Source of the DNA: Octopus sinensis
Taxonomy: Eukaryota
Length of the DNA stretch: 64,000 bases
Reading direction: 5' to 3'
Assembly: GCF_006345805.1 (NCBI RefSeq)
Contig: NC_043022.1
Coordinates: forward strand, 16,926,001-16,990,000
Positions within the stretch are counted from its first letter, which is position 1; each line of letters starts with the position of its first letter. The position numbers were made by a program, and so were the translations under genes. A model generated the notes under the pieces. It had not been told where the DNA came from and searched no databases. It worked only from the letters and a program-made list of their open reading frames with translations. Positions 1 through 11,982 of this stretch are shown piece by piece.

Positions 1-165
1 GCATGTATATTACTGTTTAACATGTAAAGAAAAAAAATCTATGTTACTAAAAATAGTTGAAACAATTGATAAAATACTTTGTGGTTGCAGTTGAAGGTGG
101 TGGTCGTGGTCGTGCTGTTGTTTGAGAACTATATATGTGTGCATTTACATATATATATATATGTA

Positions 166-274
166 GAAACACTGCCAGATCAGACTGGGCCTGGTGCAGC
201 CTCCTGGCTTCCCAGACCCCAGTTGAACCGTCCAACCCATGCTAGCATGGAAAATGGACGTTAAACGATGATGA
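166..274 (+). mobile_element. 3' fragment of SINE family C (tail ...GGACGTTAAACGATGATGAT)
   Basis: Same 3' end recurs many times in the window (e.g. 8167-8380, 45811-46160, 60095-60340) and ends in a (GAT)n tail followed by (AT)n. Confidence 0.8.
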
Positions 275-312
275 TATATATATATGTACATATATACATA
301 TACACATATATA

Positions 313-372
<60 letters not shown>
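275..372. repeat. (AT)n microsatellite
   Basis: Direct reading. Other long (AT)n/compound arrays lie at ~27485-27548, 27855-28030, 31365-31418, 52845-52910 and 63005-63218. Confidence 0.95.
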
Positions 373-375
<3 letters not shown>

Positions 376-388
376 TTAATTATTTATT

Positions 389-559
389 TATTGAGAAAAA
401 GGAGGCAGTCAGAATTTTGGATAATTCTTTATTAGCGTTTTCATTCATTTATTGAACTTGTCAGACAAAATCATCTTCATTTTTGTCTTGACAAGTTCAA
501 TAAATGAAGAAAAGTGTTAAGAAAGAATTATCCAAAATTCTGCCTTCTTTTTCTCAATA
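389..559. repeat. Fold-back inverted repeat, ~82-bp arms, ~10-nt loop
   Basis: TATTGAGAAAAAGGAGGCAG..AGAATTTTGGATAATTCTTT..TTCATTTATTGAACTTGTCAGACAAAA is mirrored by TTTTGTCTTGACAAGTTCAATAAATGAA..AAAGAATTATCCAAAATTCTGCCTTCTTTTTCTCAATA. Confidence 0.9.
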
Positions 560-633
560 TCCAATATTTGTCCACCTTATACACCACTTCAAACACCTTC
601 ATCTTACCATTTCTTCTCTTATATATACACACA

Positions 634-867
634 CAGAGTGGCCAAAAAGTAGGTTTACAGTTATTGAACTATCTCTTTTGCATTCATATATTTACAGCTT
701 AGGCCTTGATTATAAAAAAGATATGGAATCCTTATTCTCTGCTAATTTAGTTAATTTTGTCAAGCTCCCTTTTCAGTTTGTAAGATAGAAATTTAAATGT
801 AATAAAATGTTTTAAAAGAAATTTAAAGTGCCTATGTGATCACTGAAAACCTACTTTTGGGCCACCC

Positions 868-869
<2 letters not shown>
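634..869. mobile_element. Tc1/mariner-type MITE
   Basis: TIRs CAGAGTGGCCAAAAAGTAGGTTTACAGT / ACTGAAAACCTACTTTTGGGCCACCCTG. Right flank is TA; left flank lies in a CA tract. Confidence 0.75.
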
Positions 870-881
<12 letters not shown>

Positions 882-909
<28 letters not shown>

Positions 910-3038
910 CCCATGCCCACACACAAATGTAGGTGTGACTGTAGGGTAAGAAGTTTGCTCCCAAATCTCATAATTTGAGGTTCTGTTCCACTGTGTGGCA
1001 CCTTCAGTAAGTGTCTACCATAGTCCTGGGCCAACCAACGCCTTGTGAAAGGATTTGACAGACACAAACTGAAACAGGTCCATCATATGCATATTTGAGT
1101 GTGTGTGTGGGCCTTATGTGTTGTGTGTGTGGGGGGGCCTTATGTGTTGTGTGTGTGTGTGTGGGCCTTGCCTTGACATCGCATGACAGTTGGAAGCAAG
1201 CGTGACTTTCATGCAAGCATTTTCAGCAAATTGCCATTATAATTACACAAAGGTTGTAGAAACATTATATCTAATTGCAACAACAATTAGCTGGATTGCA
1301 TCTGTGCTCTGTAAAGCACCGAATACCTGTTTTCTCTTGATTATTATCGTTAGTAGTAGTAATAGTAGTATTTCTATGACTTGGCCAGTATTCCTGGAGT
1401 GGAGTGTGACACCCACAACTGACCCTGATCCTGTGATTACGTGTCACACTTCACAACACCTTTTATTTGAGATAGACAGGTAGGTAGGTAGGTCGATAGA
1501 TAGATAGACAGACAGACGGACAGATAGATAGACGGATAGATAGATAGACAGACAGATAGATAATTGTTAAAGAGGACAACAAACGTAAAGGCTATACCCT
1601 TCTCATTTCCCCTATTTCTCTCTGATGACAGAACATCCTATACTCTGGGATATCCCAGAAACAGCTGGAAGACTTTGCATTTTTCCAATAATAATAACAT
1701 CTATGACATGAGATGTTTGTCTTGCCTCAGCGTTTGTTGCCCTCTTTAACAATTCTATATCTGCCACATCAGAAATCTACAATGGTTCTATGACTCCCGT
1801 CCCAGCTACAACCTTGGAGCCCTGGTAATCCGTTACAGCACTTACCCAGCATAGATCACCTGTGAACTAAACCCCCATATTTTGTAGATAAATAAATAGA
1901 TATGTATAGTATATATATATGTGTGTGTGTGTGTATATATGAGTGTGTATGTGTGTATATGTGTGTGTGGTGTGTGTGTGTGTGTGTGTGTGTATACCCA
2001 TGCCCACACACAAATGTAGGTGTGACTGTAGGGTAAGAAGTTTGCTCCCAAATCTCATAATTTGAGGTTCTGTTCCACTGTGTGGCACCTTCAGTAAGTG
2101 TCTACCATAGTCCTGGGCCAACCAACGCCTTGTGAAAGGATTTGACAGACACAAACTGAAACAGGTCCATCATATGCATATTTGAGTGTGTGTGTGGGCC
2201 TTATGTGTTGTGTGTGTGTGGGGGCCTTATGTGTTGTGTGTGTGTGTGTGGGCCTTGCCTTGACATCGCATGACAGTTGGAAGCAAGCGTGACTTTCATG
2301 CAAGCATTTTCAGCAAATTGCCATTATAATTACACAAAGGTTGTAGAAACATTATATCTAATTGCAACAACAATTAGCTGGATTGCATCTGTGCTCTGTA
2401 AAGCACCGAATACCTGTTTTCTCTTGATTATTATCGTTAGTAGTAGTAATAGTAGTATTTCTATGACTTGGCCAGTATTCCTGGAGTGGAGTGACACCCA
2501 CAACTGACCCTGATCCTGTGATTATGTGTCACACTTCACAACACCTTTTATTTGAGATAGACAGGTAGGTAGGTAGGTCGATAGATAGATAGACAGACAG
2601 ACGGACAGATAGATAGACGGATAGATAGATAGATAGACAGACAGATAGATAATTGTTAAAGAGGACAACAAACGTAAAGGCTATACCCTTCTCATTTCCC
2701 CTATTTCTCTCTGATGACAGAACATCCTATACTCTGGGATATCCCAGAAACAGCTGGAAGACTTTGCATTTTTCCAATAATAATAACATCTATGACATGA
2801 GATGTTTGTCTTGCCTCAGCGTTTGTTGCCCTCTTTAACAATTCTATATCTGCCACATCAGAAATCTACAATGGTTCTATGACTCCCGTCCCAGCTACAA
2901 CCTTGGAGCCCTGGTAATCCGTTACAGCACTTACCCAGCATAGATCACCTGTGAACTAAACCCCCATATTTTGTAGATAAATAAATAGATATGTATAGTA
3001 TATATATATGTGTGTGTGTGTATATATATGAGTGTGTA

Positions 3039-3069
<31 letters not shown>

Positions 3070-3070
3070 A
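882..3070 (+). repeat. Tandem duplication of a ~1.09-kb unit (about 882-1970 and 1971-3070)
   Basis: Anchors offset by 1087-1089 bp (907/1994; 1562/2651). Only a few differences between copies. Junctions lie in (TG)n. Confidence 0.93.
1475..1561. repeat. (AGAT/AGAC)n tetranucleotide microsatellite (second copy ~2560-2650)
   Basis: Direct reading. Confidence 0.9.
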
Positions 3071-3656
3071 TAATCTTCTTTTGAAGTGCGTCTCCGTGTA
3101 TGCATGCAAACGAACTAACTAAACGAATCAACATTGTGAATTTATTTATGACTCGTAACTTTGATAACGAGACTTTGATAATGAAACTAGTTTATGTCTG
3201 TGACGACCATAATTAATTGATTTAGAGAAACACGAGCTGTTCTGATTGCAAAGGATATCCAAAGAGATACGCCCTACCGCAGACGGTCTCCCACACCTAC
3301 CGGAAGTGTTAGATTCGATATCAGTGGCAACTCTAAAGACACAGGATATTGGTTAATTTTTGAGTCAGGAATAAAAGAGAGACAGGGGAAGAGAAATGAT
3401 TGATAGGTTTCCAAATATATCAATTATTATTTAGGACCTCAGTTCTGTTGATGTGGCCATCACTAAAGAATCGGTTTTAATGGTGCTTAGTGATTCCTGA
3501 AGAATTTACACAGGAGGAATTATTCCGTTGTTTCCTCAAATTTCCAAATGACTATAGTTCTGTATTTCCCCCAAAACACCTGATGCTGGGGAATATCTGT
3601 TGGTGAAGATACTTGTTTAAGGTTAAATATTGATTTCTTGACCCTTTTTATCTTTT

Positions 3657-4469
3657 ATCACTTACTTGTTTCAGTCATTAGAGTGCGGCCATGCTGGGGC
3701 ACCACCTTCAAGAATCTTCAACCAAATGAATCCACCCCAGTACTTACATTTTTTAAAGCCTGGTAGTTATTCTATTGGTCTCTTTAGCTGATCTGTTAAG
3801 TTACAGGGGTGTAAACATACAAACACCGGTTGTCAAGTAATGGTAGGGGACAAACACACACACACAGAGGGTGTAATGGGTAAATTGCTACCATTTTATA
3901 TTTTTAATTTCACACATGCACATTGTTTGTTTTTGATTTTGTCAACTACACAGTATAGTAGGGTCAGTAGGGCACCGTCTGTGAAAAAAACAGCACCAAG
4001 AAGCAATTCCTTCTGCCAGAAATTTGGAAACATGCTGTATTGCTTGGCATTCACACCGGAAGCTCGAATATGAAAATTTCAGAGTACTTGGGTGCCAATC
4101 TAAGATACCAAGAGTGATAAAAATCAAACAGCCAGTCAACGTCATGGTGTTTGGAGTGATCAATAGTGATGGTGACCAAATGCCTCCATTCATTTTCCCA
4201 CACAGCCTAGACTCTCAACACAGAGGCCTACATCAAGTGCCAGGAGGTGTGGTGCTGCCCTGGATCAAGAGGGTGGCTGCTGGAAGACCCTATGTCTGGC
4301 AACAGGACTCTGAACAATGCCACACAAGCAGGGGAACACATGAATACATTTACTCTCTTGCATTTCAAGATGTTTTTATGTAATTTTGGTAAATATATCT
4401 GTTAAAATGAGATGTCAGTGTTTTTTTTCATTTTTGGGTAATTTAGACAACAATATATTTACTGCACCC

Positions 4470-4521
<52 letters not shown>

Positions 4522-4682
4522 ACAGGCTTCTTTCAGTTTCTGTCCACCAAATCCACTCACAAGACTTCGGTTAGCCGAAGTCTATAGTAGAAAGCACTTG
4601 CCCTAGGTGCCAAACAGTGGGATTGAACCCAGAACCATGTGGTTGGGAAACAAGTTTCTTCACCTCACAACCATGCTTGCAC
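3657..4682 (-). mobile_element. SINE family A copy split by a mariner insertion (3' half 3657-3865, 5' half 4473-4682)
   Basis: Both halves match the full-length copy at 31197-31647 and are collinear on the minus strand. Confidence 0.75.
3866..4470 (+). mobile_element. Decayed Tc1/mariner (maT/DD37D-like) element with transposase fragment
   Basis: ORF 4024-4383 has VMVFGVINSDGDQMPPFIFPH..VVLPWIKRVAAGRPYVWQQDSEQCHTSR, matching the VMVWG and WQQDSAPCH motifs of mariner-family transposases. Degenerate AGGGTG../..CACCCTG ends. Confidence 0.8.
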
Positions 4683-5220
4683 CATATATTATACATATAT
4701 ATAGATATATATATATATATCATATAGGTGTATACATATAATATACACATTACATATAAGTATAATGAATATGATATTCATAAATATATATGTAACAGAT
4801 ACATTACATGTAATGAATAATATATACATATATGCATAACACACACAGATATAAAGTAGGGGTCTGTATATATATCATGTATGATTTAATATAACATACG
4901 TCATATGTAATGAAAGGGTGTATATTATAAGGTCTGCACAATATCCATGGCAATATGGGTGTGAGTAATTTTATACATTTATGTATGCATGCGTTTATGT
5001 GCACACTTATATGTGAGTGTATAAGTGTATATGTTTACAGCATATGTGTGTGTGTGTATTAATGAATATACATTCCATATGCCGATATCCTAGCATATGG
5101 AATATGCCATGATACTGTGATGTGTCAAGTAAGAAAGGTGTTAAATAGTGTGTATACATGTATCTATATTATATATATATATAAATATATATATATGTGG
5201 GCATATGTATGTATGTGCAC

Positions 5221-5258
<38 letters not shown>

Positions 5259-7051
5259 GAGTATATGTGTGTAGACACACACACAACTATACAGTATATA
5301 TATATATTCATGTGTGTGTATACACCCTCACCCCAACCAAAGCTGTAGTCAAGACAGAGTTTGTGAATGAGTGAGAAGAGAAAGAAGAGAAGTGAATGAA
5401 AGAAAGACTACGATGGAAAAAAAGAGATAACGTGAGATGAAAGACAGGCAATGAATGTGAAATGAGAGGTGAATGTTGGATGTTAACACATCTACAACTG
5501 TTGCCCACCACCACAGAGTCACCTTGAGATGATAAAGTAGACACTACTATATGGTCGTCCAAGCTGCTAGAAACAGTAGCAACATTTTCATCAACGTGCC
5601 TTATTGTTTTCAAAAAGAAGGGCATACACAATAGTGCAGTCCTATATATACTTGGGGTTTCATAAGGTGCTGCACAATCATCAGTGTGTGAATTATACAT
5701 CTGATGTCTTGCAAACAACTTGCACATGCAAGTGCTACCAGTTAAAAGCTCCGTATACCGGAAGCTAGTAAGTGTATGGGGTCATCAGGAGTGAATGCAC
5801 GCCGTTTCGGGGCCTACCTCTCGACGGCATCAATGCGCACTGGCCCCCCTCAATGATATGAGGCCCTGCTTGCTAGATCAGCTGGTTATGAAGAACTCAA
5901 TATACTTCTAGCCATCGCTCATCGTCTCTTTTTAACCATTTAGACATTTGGTTTATGCTGTTTCATATCACCAAATGGCTGGAGTGGGATAGATTTGATC
6001 AGTCACAGTTGAAAAAACAACCACTGAGACTCCACTACCTCCAGGGTCTCAACTGATAATTAAAGACACACACATTATACAAGTAACATGGCTTTGTAAA
6101 GTGGAACACAGACAACAACTGGTGCTTTCTTGTTGACAGTGGCCATGTATCTCCTCTGCATCAATCGTTATATATTTATAGAAAAACAAATGACAAGGAC
6201 AGGTGTATGAGTTTGGTGCTCAGGAAAATGAAAATGGTTTTTGTTTCAAGCCTACACTCTTCATTTATATATATATATATATATATATTCAACAGGCTTC
6301 TTTCAGTTTCCGTCTCCCAAAACCATTTACAAGGCTTTGGTCAGCCCAAGTCTATAGTAGAAGAACCCAGAGTGTCACGCAGTGGAACTGAACCTGGAAC
6401 CATGTGGTTGGGAAGTAAGCTTCTTACCACACCTGCTCCTATATATATATTATATATGTGTGTGTGTAGGTATATATATATATATACACACACACACACA
6501 TATATGTGCACACATGTATACACACCTTTGTCAACACATACATTCATAAATACACACACCCATATACAGTGCTGACTGAAAAGAACAAGCCCCTTTTCTT
6601 TGCCGATTTTCTTCTCAAGGATGTGGCCTGAGAAAACAAACAGTGACGTTCCAGTGAGGAAGAGAGAAAACACACGAAGAATGTACGTAAGATGCTGGGG
6701 TCGGTTGGTCAACACTGATCTCTTTGTTAATGAGTTATGTATGGAGGAGGTCATTGACTGGGTAGGGTTCATTCTTCATTAATCTAGACTCCAACCAGTA
6801 GGATCTATTCTACTAATGAAACAATCATTATGTATTTCTACAGCCACCAACAGCTGTGAAATATTTATTCCTACACATCATATATATATGTGTGTGTAGG
6901 TGGAAGTCATGTGACCTGACCATTAACATAGTCCGGAATTAATGAGGTGGCCTCTGGTCTCTCTTTCATTAATGCAAACATATATATGACTAATAAAGTC
7001 ATACACACAGACATAAACATTTATGTATGTGTATTTATATATATATATATA

Positions 7052-7320
7052 TCATCATCATCATCATTTAACGTCTGTCTTCCATGCTAGCATGGGTGGG
7101 ACAGTACCACAAGAGCCAGCCAGGCTCTGTGACTGTTTTGGCAGGATTTTTACAGCTGGATGCCCTTCCTAACACCAACCACTCAGTAGAGTGGACTTAA
7201 TGCTTTTTACGTGGCACAAGCACAGGCAAGGTCAGTTTTGGCAAGGGTTTTACAGCTGGATGCCCTTCCAAATGCCAACCACTTTACCATGTGGACTGAG
7301 TGCTGTTAAGTGGCACCTGC
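7052..7320 (-). mobile_element. SINE family C copy
   Basis: (ATC)n tail, TTTAACGTC..CCATGCTAGCATGGG..CTGGATGCCCTTCC. Confidence 0.75.
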
Positions 7321-7503
7321 ACTGACAGGGTCACCAAGTACTTGCAAGGCAGAAAAACTTTTAAGAGGGAAGGAGGCAATGATGAAAAGGTTAGAGTGAG
7401 ACAGATACAGGTGTCTTGCTGTAGAGGAAGTACAAGGTTACCCAATAATGCAGTATTTTGTGTTCAAACACAACATCCACTCTTAATTGGGGGGATCAAT
7501 ATA

Positions 7504-7728
7504 CACAAAGGGGTGTGCTGGAAAGTTCCTGGTTTTAAGAGTATTGCAAAAGGCATGGTTGCAGATGCAACCTTTCGAGTTCTTTTACAGGGCTTAGAAA
7601 ACCTGAAGGACCACTGCAACAACTGAGTGAACCTGAGAGGGGAATATATTGAATAAAATCATAATCAACTGATCCTCGTGCTATATTTTCTTTTACCCAA
7701 AGCCAAGAACTTTTCAGCACCCCTCATG
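7504..7728 (+). mobile_element. Mariner-derived MITE with transposase C-terminal remnant
   Basis: TIRs AGGGGTGTGCTGGAAAGTTCCTGG / CCAAGAACTTTTCAGCACCCCT. Internal GLENLKDHCNN*VNLRGEYIE* resembles the mariner C-terminus. Confidence 0.7.
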
Positions 7729-7884
7729 TATGTGATGTATGTGATGTGTGTGTGTGTACGATTTCAAATTTGGGTGTATACTTTGCATTTAAACCTTGTT
7801 CACTATATTTGGCTACGTGATGTTATCAACAGCACATGTTTAAATGTCACTGGATTTACTTTGGGAATTCTTTCCCATCTGTAG

Positions 7885-7985
7885 AGTTTATAAGATATGA
7901 GAGAAAGAGAAGGGAAATTGCATTCACAAGATTCTTTATTAATCACTACAACTGTTTCAACCCGTTATGCATCAGTTCCCTGCAG
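7885..7985 (+). CDS. Possible coding exon (xFIRYERKRREIAFTRFFINHYNCFNPLCISSLQ), product unknown
   Basis: Acceptor tttcccatctgtag and donor CAG|gtgaga. One open frame; the other two stop early. No homology recognised. Confidence 0.25.
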
Positions 7986-8166
7986 GTGAGATGCTGTACA
8001 AATAGTTGTAGTGCATCATAAATGCAGGTGTGTCTTGTCAGGTGAATTGTCAAAAGGGACAGCGTTTTTCAATCTTTGTTTCACTTATTCTGATTAGAAT
8101 ACATTTTTGGTAATTGTCTACAGCTACTCACATACACAACAAAACTATATATATATATGTATATAT

Positions 8167-8380
8167 ATCATCATCATCATCGTTTAACGTCCGTTTTCCG
8201 CGCTATCACGGGTTGGACGGTTCGATCAGGGTCTGGGAAGCCAAGGGCTGCACCAGGCTCCAGTCTGATCTGGCAGTGTTTCTACAGCTGGATGCCCTTC
8301 CTAACGCCAACCACTCCGCAAGTGTAGTGGGTGCTTTTTACGTGCCACCGGCACAGGTGCCAGGGGAGTCTGGCATCATA
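8167..8380 (-). mobile_element. SINE family C copy
   Basis: High similarity to 45811-46160 and 60095-60340. Confidence 0.8.
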
Positions 8381-8599
8381 TGTATATATGTATGTGTATG
8401 TATTCAATGGTGATCTAAATGAGTAGGTATGTTAAGTGCTATAATTGGTCATATGTTAGGGAGCTAGGGATCTGCATTAGGCTTCTGTGTTAGCAGGTAT
8501 ATCTTAGAAGAAAAGGACAACAAAAACAAAGGCAGATCAAACTAGAAAATTACTATTTCTAAATCTCACAATGAGAGATATTCAGCAACAGTACTTTGG

Positions 8600-8704
8600 A
8601 GTAAAGATCGTTTGCCAACATAACACGGCAGTCCTGGGGCTAAATTACAGCAACATTCATCCTAAACCAGGACTGCCATGTTACGTTGGAAAACAATCTT
8701 TACT
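8600..8704. repeat. Inverted repeat, 38-bp arms (34/38 match), 29-nt loop
   Basis: AGTAAAGATCGTTTGCCAACATAACACGGCAGTCCTGG vs CCAGGACTGCCATGTTACGTTGGAAAACAATCTTTACT. Confidence 0.9.
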
Positions 8705-9468
8705 ACAGAGATCAAATTGTCATTTTTTGTTTTCTCCCTAAAGCAGGTCAATTCAACCCTGATAATCCATTTTTAATCTTCTCCCCCCCTCACTCAGAAT
8801 TATTAATAATTATTGTTGGGCTCTTGTTTTCCTCCCTGTTCTGAAAAGGAAATTTCAATAGAATAAATCAAACATTTATCAGATATGGCATTCACCACCT
8901 TACCCATCCGAATTCATGTTCCTGGGCCTTTTGTGTGTGTGTGTACATGCACACACAGTTAGAATTCATTATCTGAATATTCAGTAATGTGAAACTCATT
9001 GCAACAATGCCAGGTATTTCGGATTCTACTGAAACAGACATACTCTACATTATGTGGTGAGTACTTTTCCCTATTTATAAACACAAATGCCAGCCAACAC
9101 ACACACACACACACAGATACACACACACACACAGATACACACACACACACACATACATATATAATGATAATAAGGCCAATTACTGAGTAGTGCCACATGC
9201 TAGAAATAGATGGCAAATGGCTCTAAAACTACCTTATTTATCACATGGACACAGGCTGAAAGTGAGGGAAATGAACAAAAGAGATTTTCTTAGAAGGTTG
9301 AGCCATAGAATGATTTCTAGTTTAGGGATGTAATTCCCTACTCATTAGCTGCCCTTACTATAATCATATTCATAAAATTAAATACTTTGTATTAATTTTT
9401 CACCTAAATGGTTCATTACAGGATACTTAATAAAATCCTATAAAGATTTTAGCCTTCATTATAAGTGA

Positions 9469-9499
<31 letters not shown>

Positions 9500-10595
9500 A
9501 TCTTATATATACATATATATATATCATTGATATAATATACATACACGCACATGTAGTTTCTCCATCTCCACCTCACTCCCTCTCTCTCTCTCTCTACCTC
9601 ACTCAGGTCTTTCTAATTTCTACATCTCCCTTCTTCTCCCTACCACTCTCTTCCCTCCTCCTCCTCTTCCTCCTCCCTCTCTTCCACTTCACCCCCCCCA
9701 CTGCCCGGTAACTTTTTACTTTTCCTCTTTATTCCTCCCCACCCCGTTTTTCAGTGATAAATAGGAGAGGTTGCTGTGGCCCTTCCTGGCCCTTTCAGTA
9801 TATAAATCCTCTCCACATTTAACACACCTTCAAAGCAGAGATACAAAAGCTGCTGCTGTTGCTGCTGCAAGGGTAACAACTGCCATCCTACCACGGCCAC
9901 CACCACCACCACCCACTATCATTTATATATTCCCTCTGAACTGTTTCACTACTACCATCCCCCACCACTGCTGCCACCATCATGGTAGTCACCTTCTGAA
10001 CTTCTCCCTTTCTACAGCACCACCCACCTACCCACCCAACCATTGCCACCATTACTACTACAGTCAGGCAGACAATGTTATCCACTATCCCCCACCACCA
10101 CCACTGGCCATGGTTTCCACCACCACCACCACCTGCAGCAGCAGACCAGACAAACTGGAGAAACACAGCCTATCTTATCAACCGGAACCATAAATCAAAT
10201 AGTGATGTAAGAAGTCGGGTGCTGGGCTGCCAGGTCGGCTTCCAGGACAGAAAAAAGCCATGAATTTGTGGCTGGTTGGATGGTTGTCTGGTTAAGAATT
10301 TCACTTTCCAACTATGAAGTCTCAAGTTCAATCCCTCTTCATGTCACCTCAGACCCAGTGTTTTCTGCTCAGTTGAAAATTACTCCGGTGGATTCTGGAA
10401 ACGGTGAAGAGGCAATGCTTGTGGGTCGGAGGTGATGGTGGTGGGCAACCCACAACTTGGAGTTGCATAAGAAGGAAGATGACCAGTACAGCGGCTTTGA
10501 AACACAATGATCTTTATGTCAAATGCTTGGGTCAATTCTCCAGACGTCCAGTCCTTTGTTCTGATCTCTACATTTCTCTTGGAGCCATCAGAGTA

Positions 10596-10976
10596 TAAAT
10601 ATTGCATTGAATCAAAAGTTTTGCAATATTTTGGCAACTTGTTTGCTTTATTTGTCAAGTTCCAACAAAAACAGCCTAGAATTCAAAGTAGGGGCCATGG
10701 TGTGGCACCGTCTGGATCTACCGTTTCTGGCACCGGTTCTTGTCTTCACTGTGCTTGCAATATTTCATCAACTGAGAAAAGGTGGATGTTTCAGTGAAGG
10801 AGTTCTTCCCCTCAAACGACAAGAACTGGTATCAGCATGGGATTAAAGAACTGGCAGAAAAGGGGGCAACACAATGGCCTCTACTTTGAATGCTTCACTG
10901 CTTTTGCTGTAACTCGACGAATAAAGCAAATAAGTTACCAAAATATTGCAAAACTCTTTGACTCAACACAATTCCA
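10596..10976 (+). mobile_element. Internally deleted mariner element
   Basis: Long TIRs (..TCAAAAGTTTTGCAATATTTTGGCAACTTGTTTGCTTTATT / AATAAAGCAAATAAGTTACCAAAATATTGCAAAAC..) with TA on both flanks. Internal EKVDVSVKEFFPSNDKNWYQHGIKELAEK..HNGLYFE is a mariner transposase C-terminus. Confidence 0.8.
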
Positions 10977-11902
10977 TATCAGTGGTGCTTCTATTGGTTC
11001 CGAATCCATATCGGTTCCATAGGGCTGTGTTCTTCTGCAATGACAAGAACCCATCTATCCAGGAGTATCCTTACAATGATCGCAACTGTAATGGTGGGAG
11101 AAGGTGGAGTCCAGCTCCCCCCCCCCCCAGTATTTGGAGCAGTCAGACTCCCCATCACTACATCTTGTGGGGTCCGATGTCTGTATCAGAGACCCTGTAT
11201 TAGTTTTCTTTATTTCTTGTAGCCGACATAAAAACTCATGAATGTTTGGTGTCAACACCAGCCCCCCCTCCATTCTTCAAATCTCTGATGGGATTTCATT
11301 AACTGTAACTGCTTTTCCACTTTTCATCTGTTCCCTGACCTTGATAGTCTCCTCTAGGGGTTGAAACCCCATCAACTTCTAAGGGTTGAAACCATATCAA
11401 CCCCGGTTGATGTGGGATGTGATAAATAACTGAGTTGTAGATCCCACAAATGGTGCAGCAGAGTCTGGAAATGTGACAGCCATTGGTCCAAGATGGATCC
11501 CTTGCCCATCAACGCTTGACAACCAGTGTTGGTGTGTTTACATCCCTGTAACTTAGCAGTTTGGCAATAGCAAACTACAAAATAAGTACCAAACTTTAAA
11601 AATAAAAACACTGAGGTTGATTTGTTCGACTAAAAAGCTTTTCAGTGGTGCCTCAGCATGGCCACAGTCTAATGACTCAGACAAGTAAAAGATAAACTAT
11701 ACACACACACACACACACACACAGATGCAAAACAAGGTGGAGAAAATAGCACTCACGTACCAAACAATAAAATCTTATTTTATTGAATCTGAAAATCTTC
11801 ACTGATCCTTACTCTGATTTTCATGTCACTGATTATCAGGCAACCAGGAGTATTCAAAATAATGCAATATTTTATAAGTACATGTGTGTGTGTGTGTGTG
11901 TG

Positions 11903-11982
<80 letters not shown>

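Noticed and set aside
1846-1859. 14-nt minus-strand microexon GTGATCTATGCTGG with GTAAGT donor
   Set aside because: Not frame-preserving, weak pyrimidine tract and no supporting neighbours; plausible by chance.
5765-5880. Functional hammerhead on the minus strand
   Set aside because: Motifs are in the wrong order and stem II cannot pair; at most an inverted PLE relic.
7885-7985. Similarity of FIRYERKRREIAFTRF to nucleoprotein TPR (RFIRREKEIAETRF)
   Set aside because: Short, needs a gap, downstream residues do not match, and no other TPR-like exons were seen.
10380-10658. RNase H-like YSDGSK motif in the minus-strand ORF
   Set aside because: The frame is created by the mariner TIR junction; removing the insertion puts a stop before the motif.
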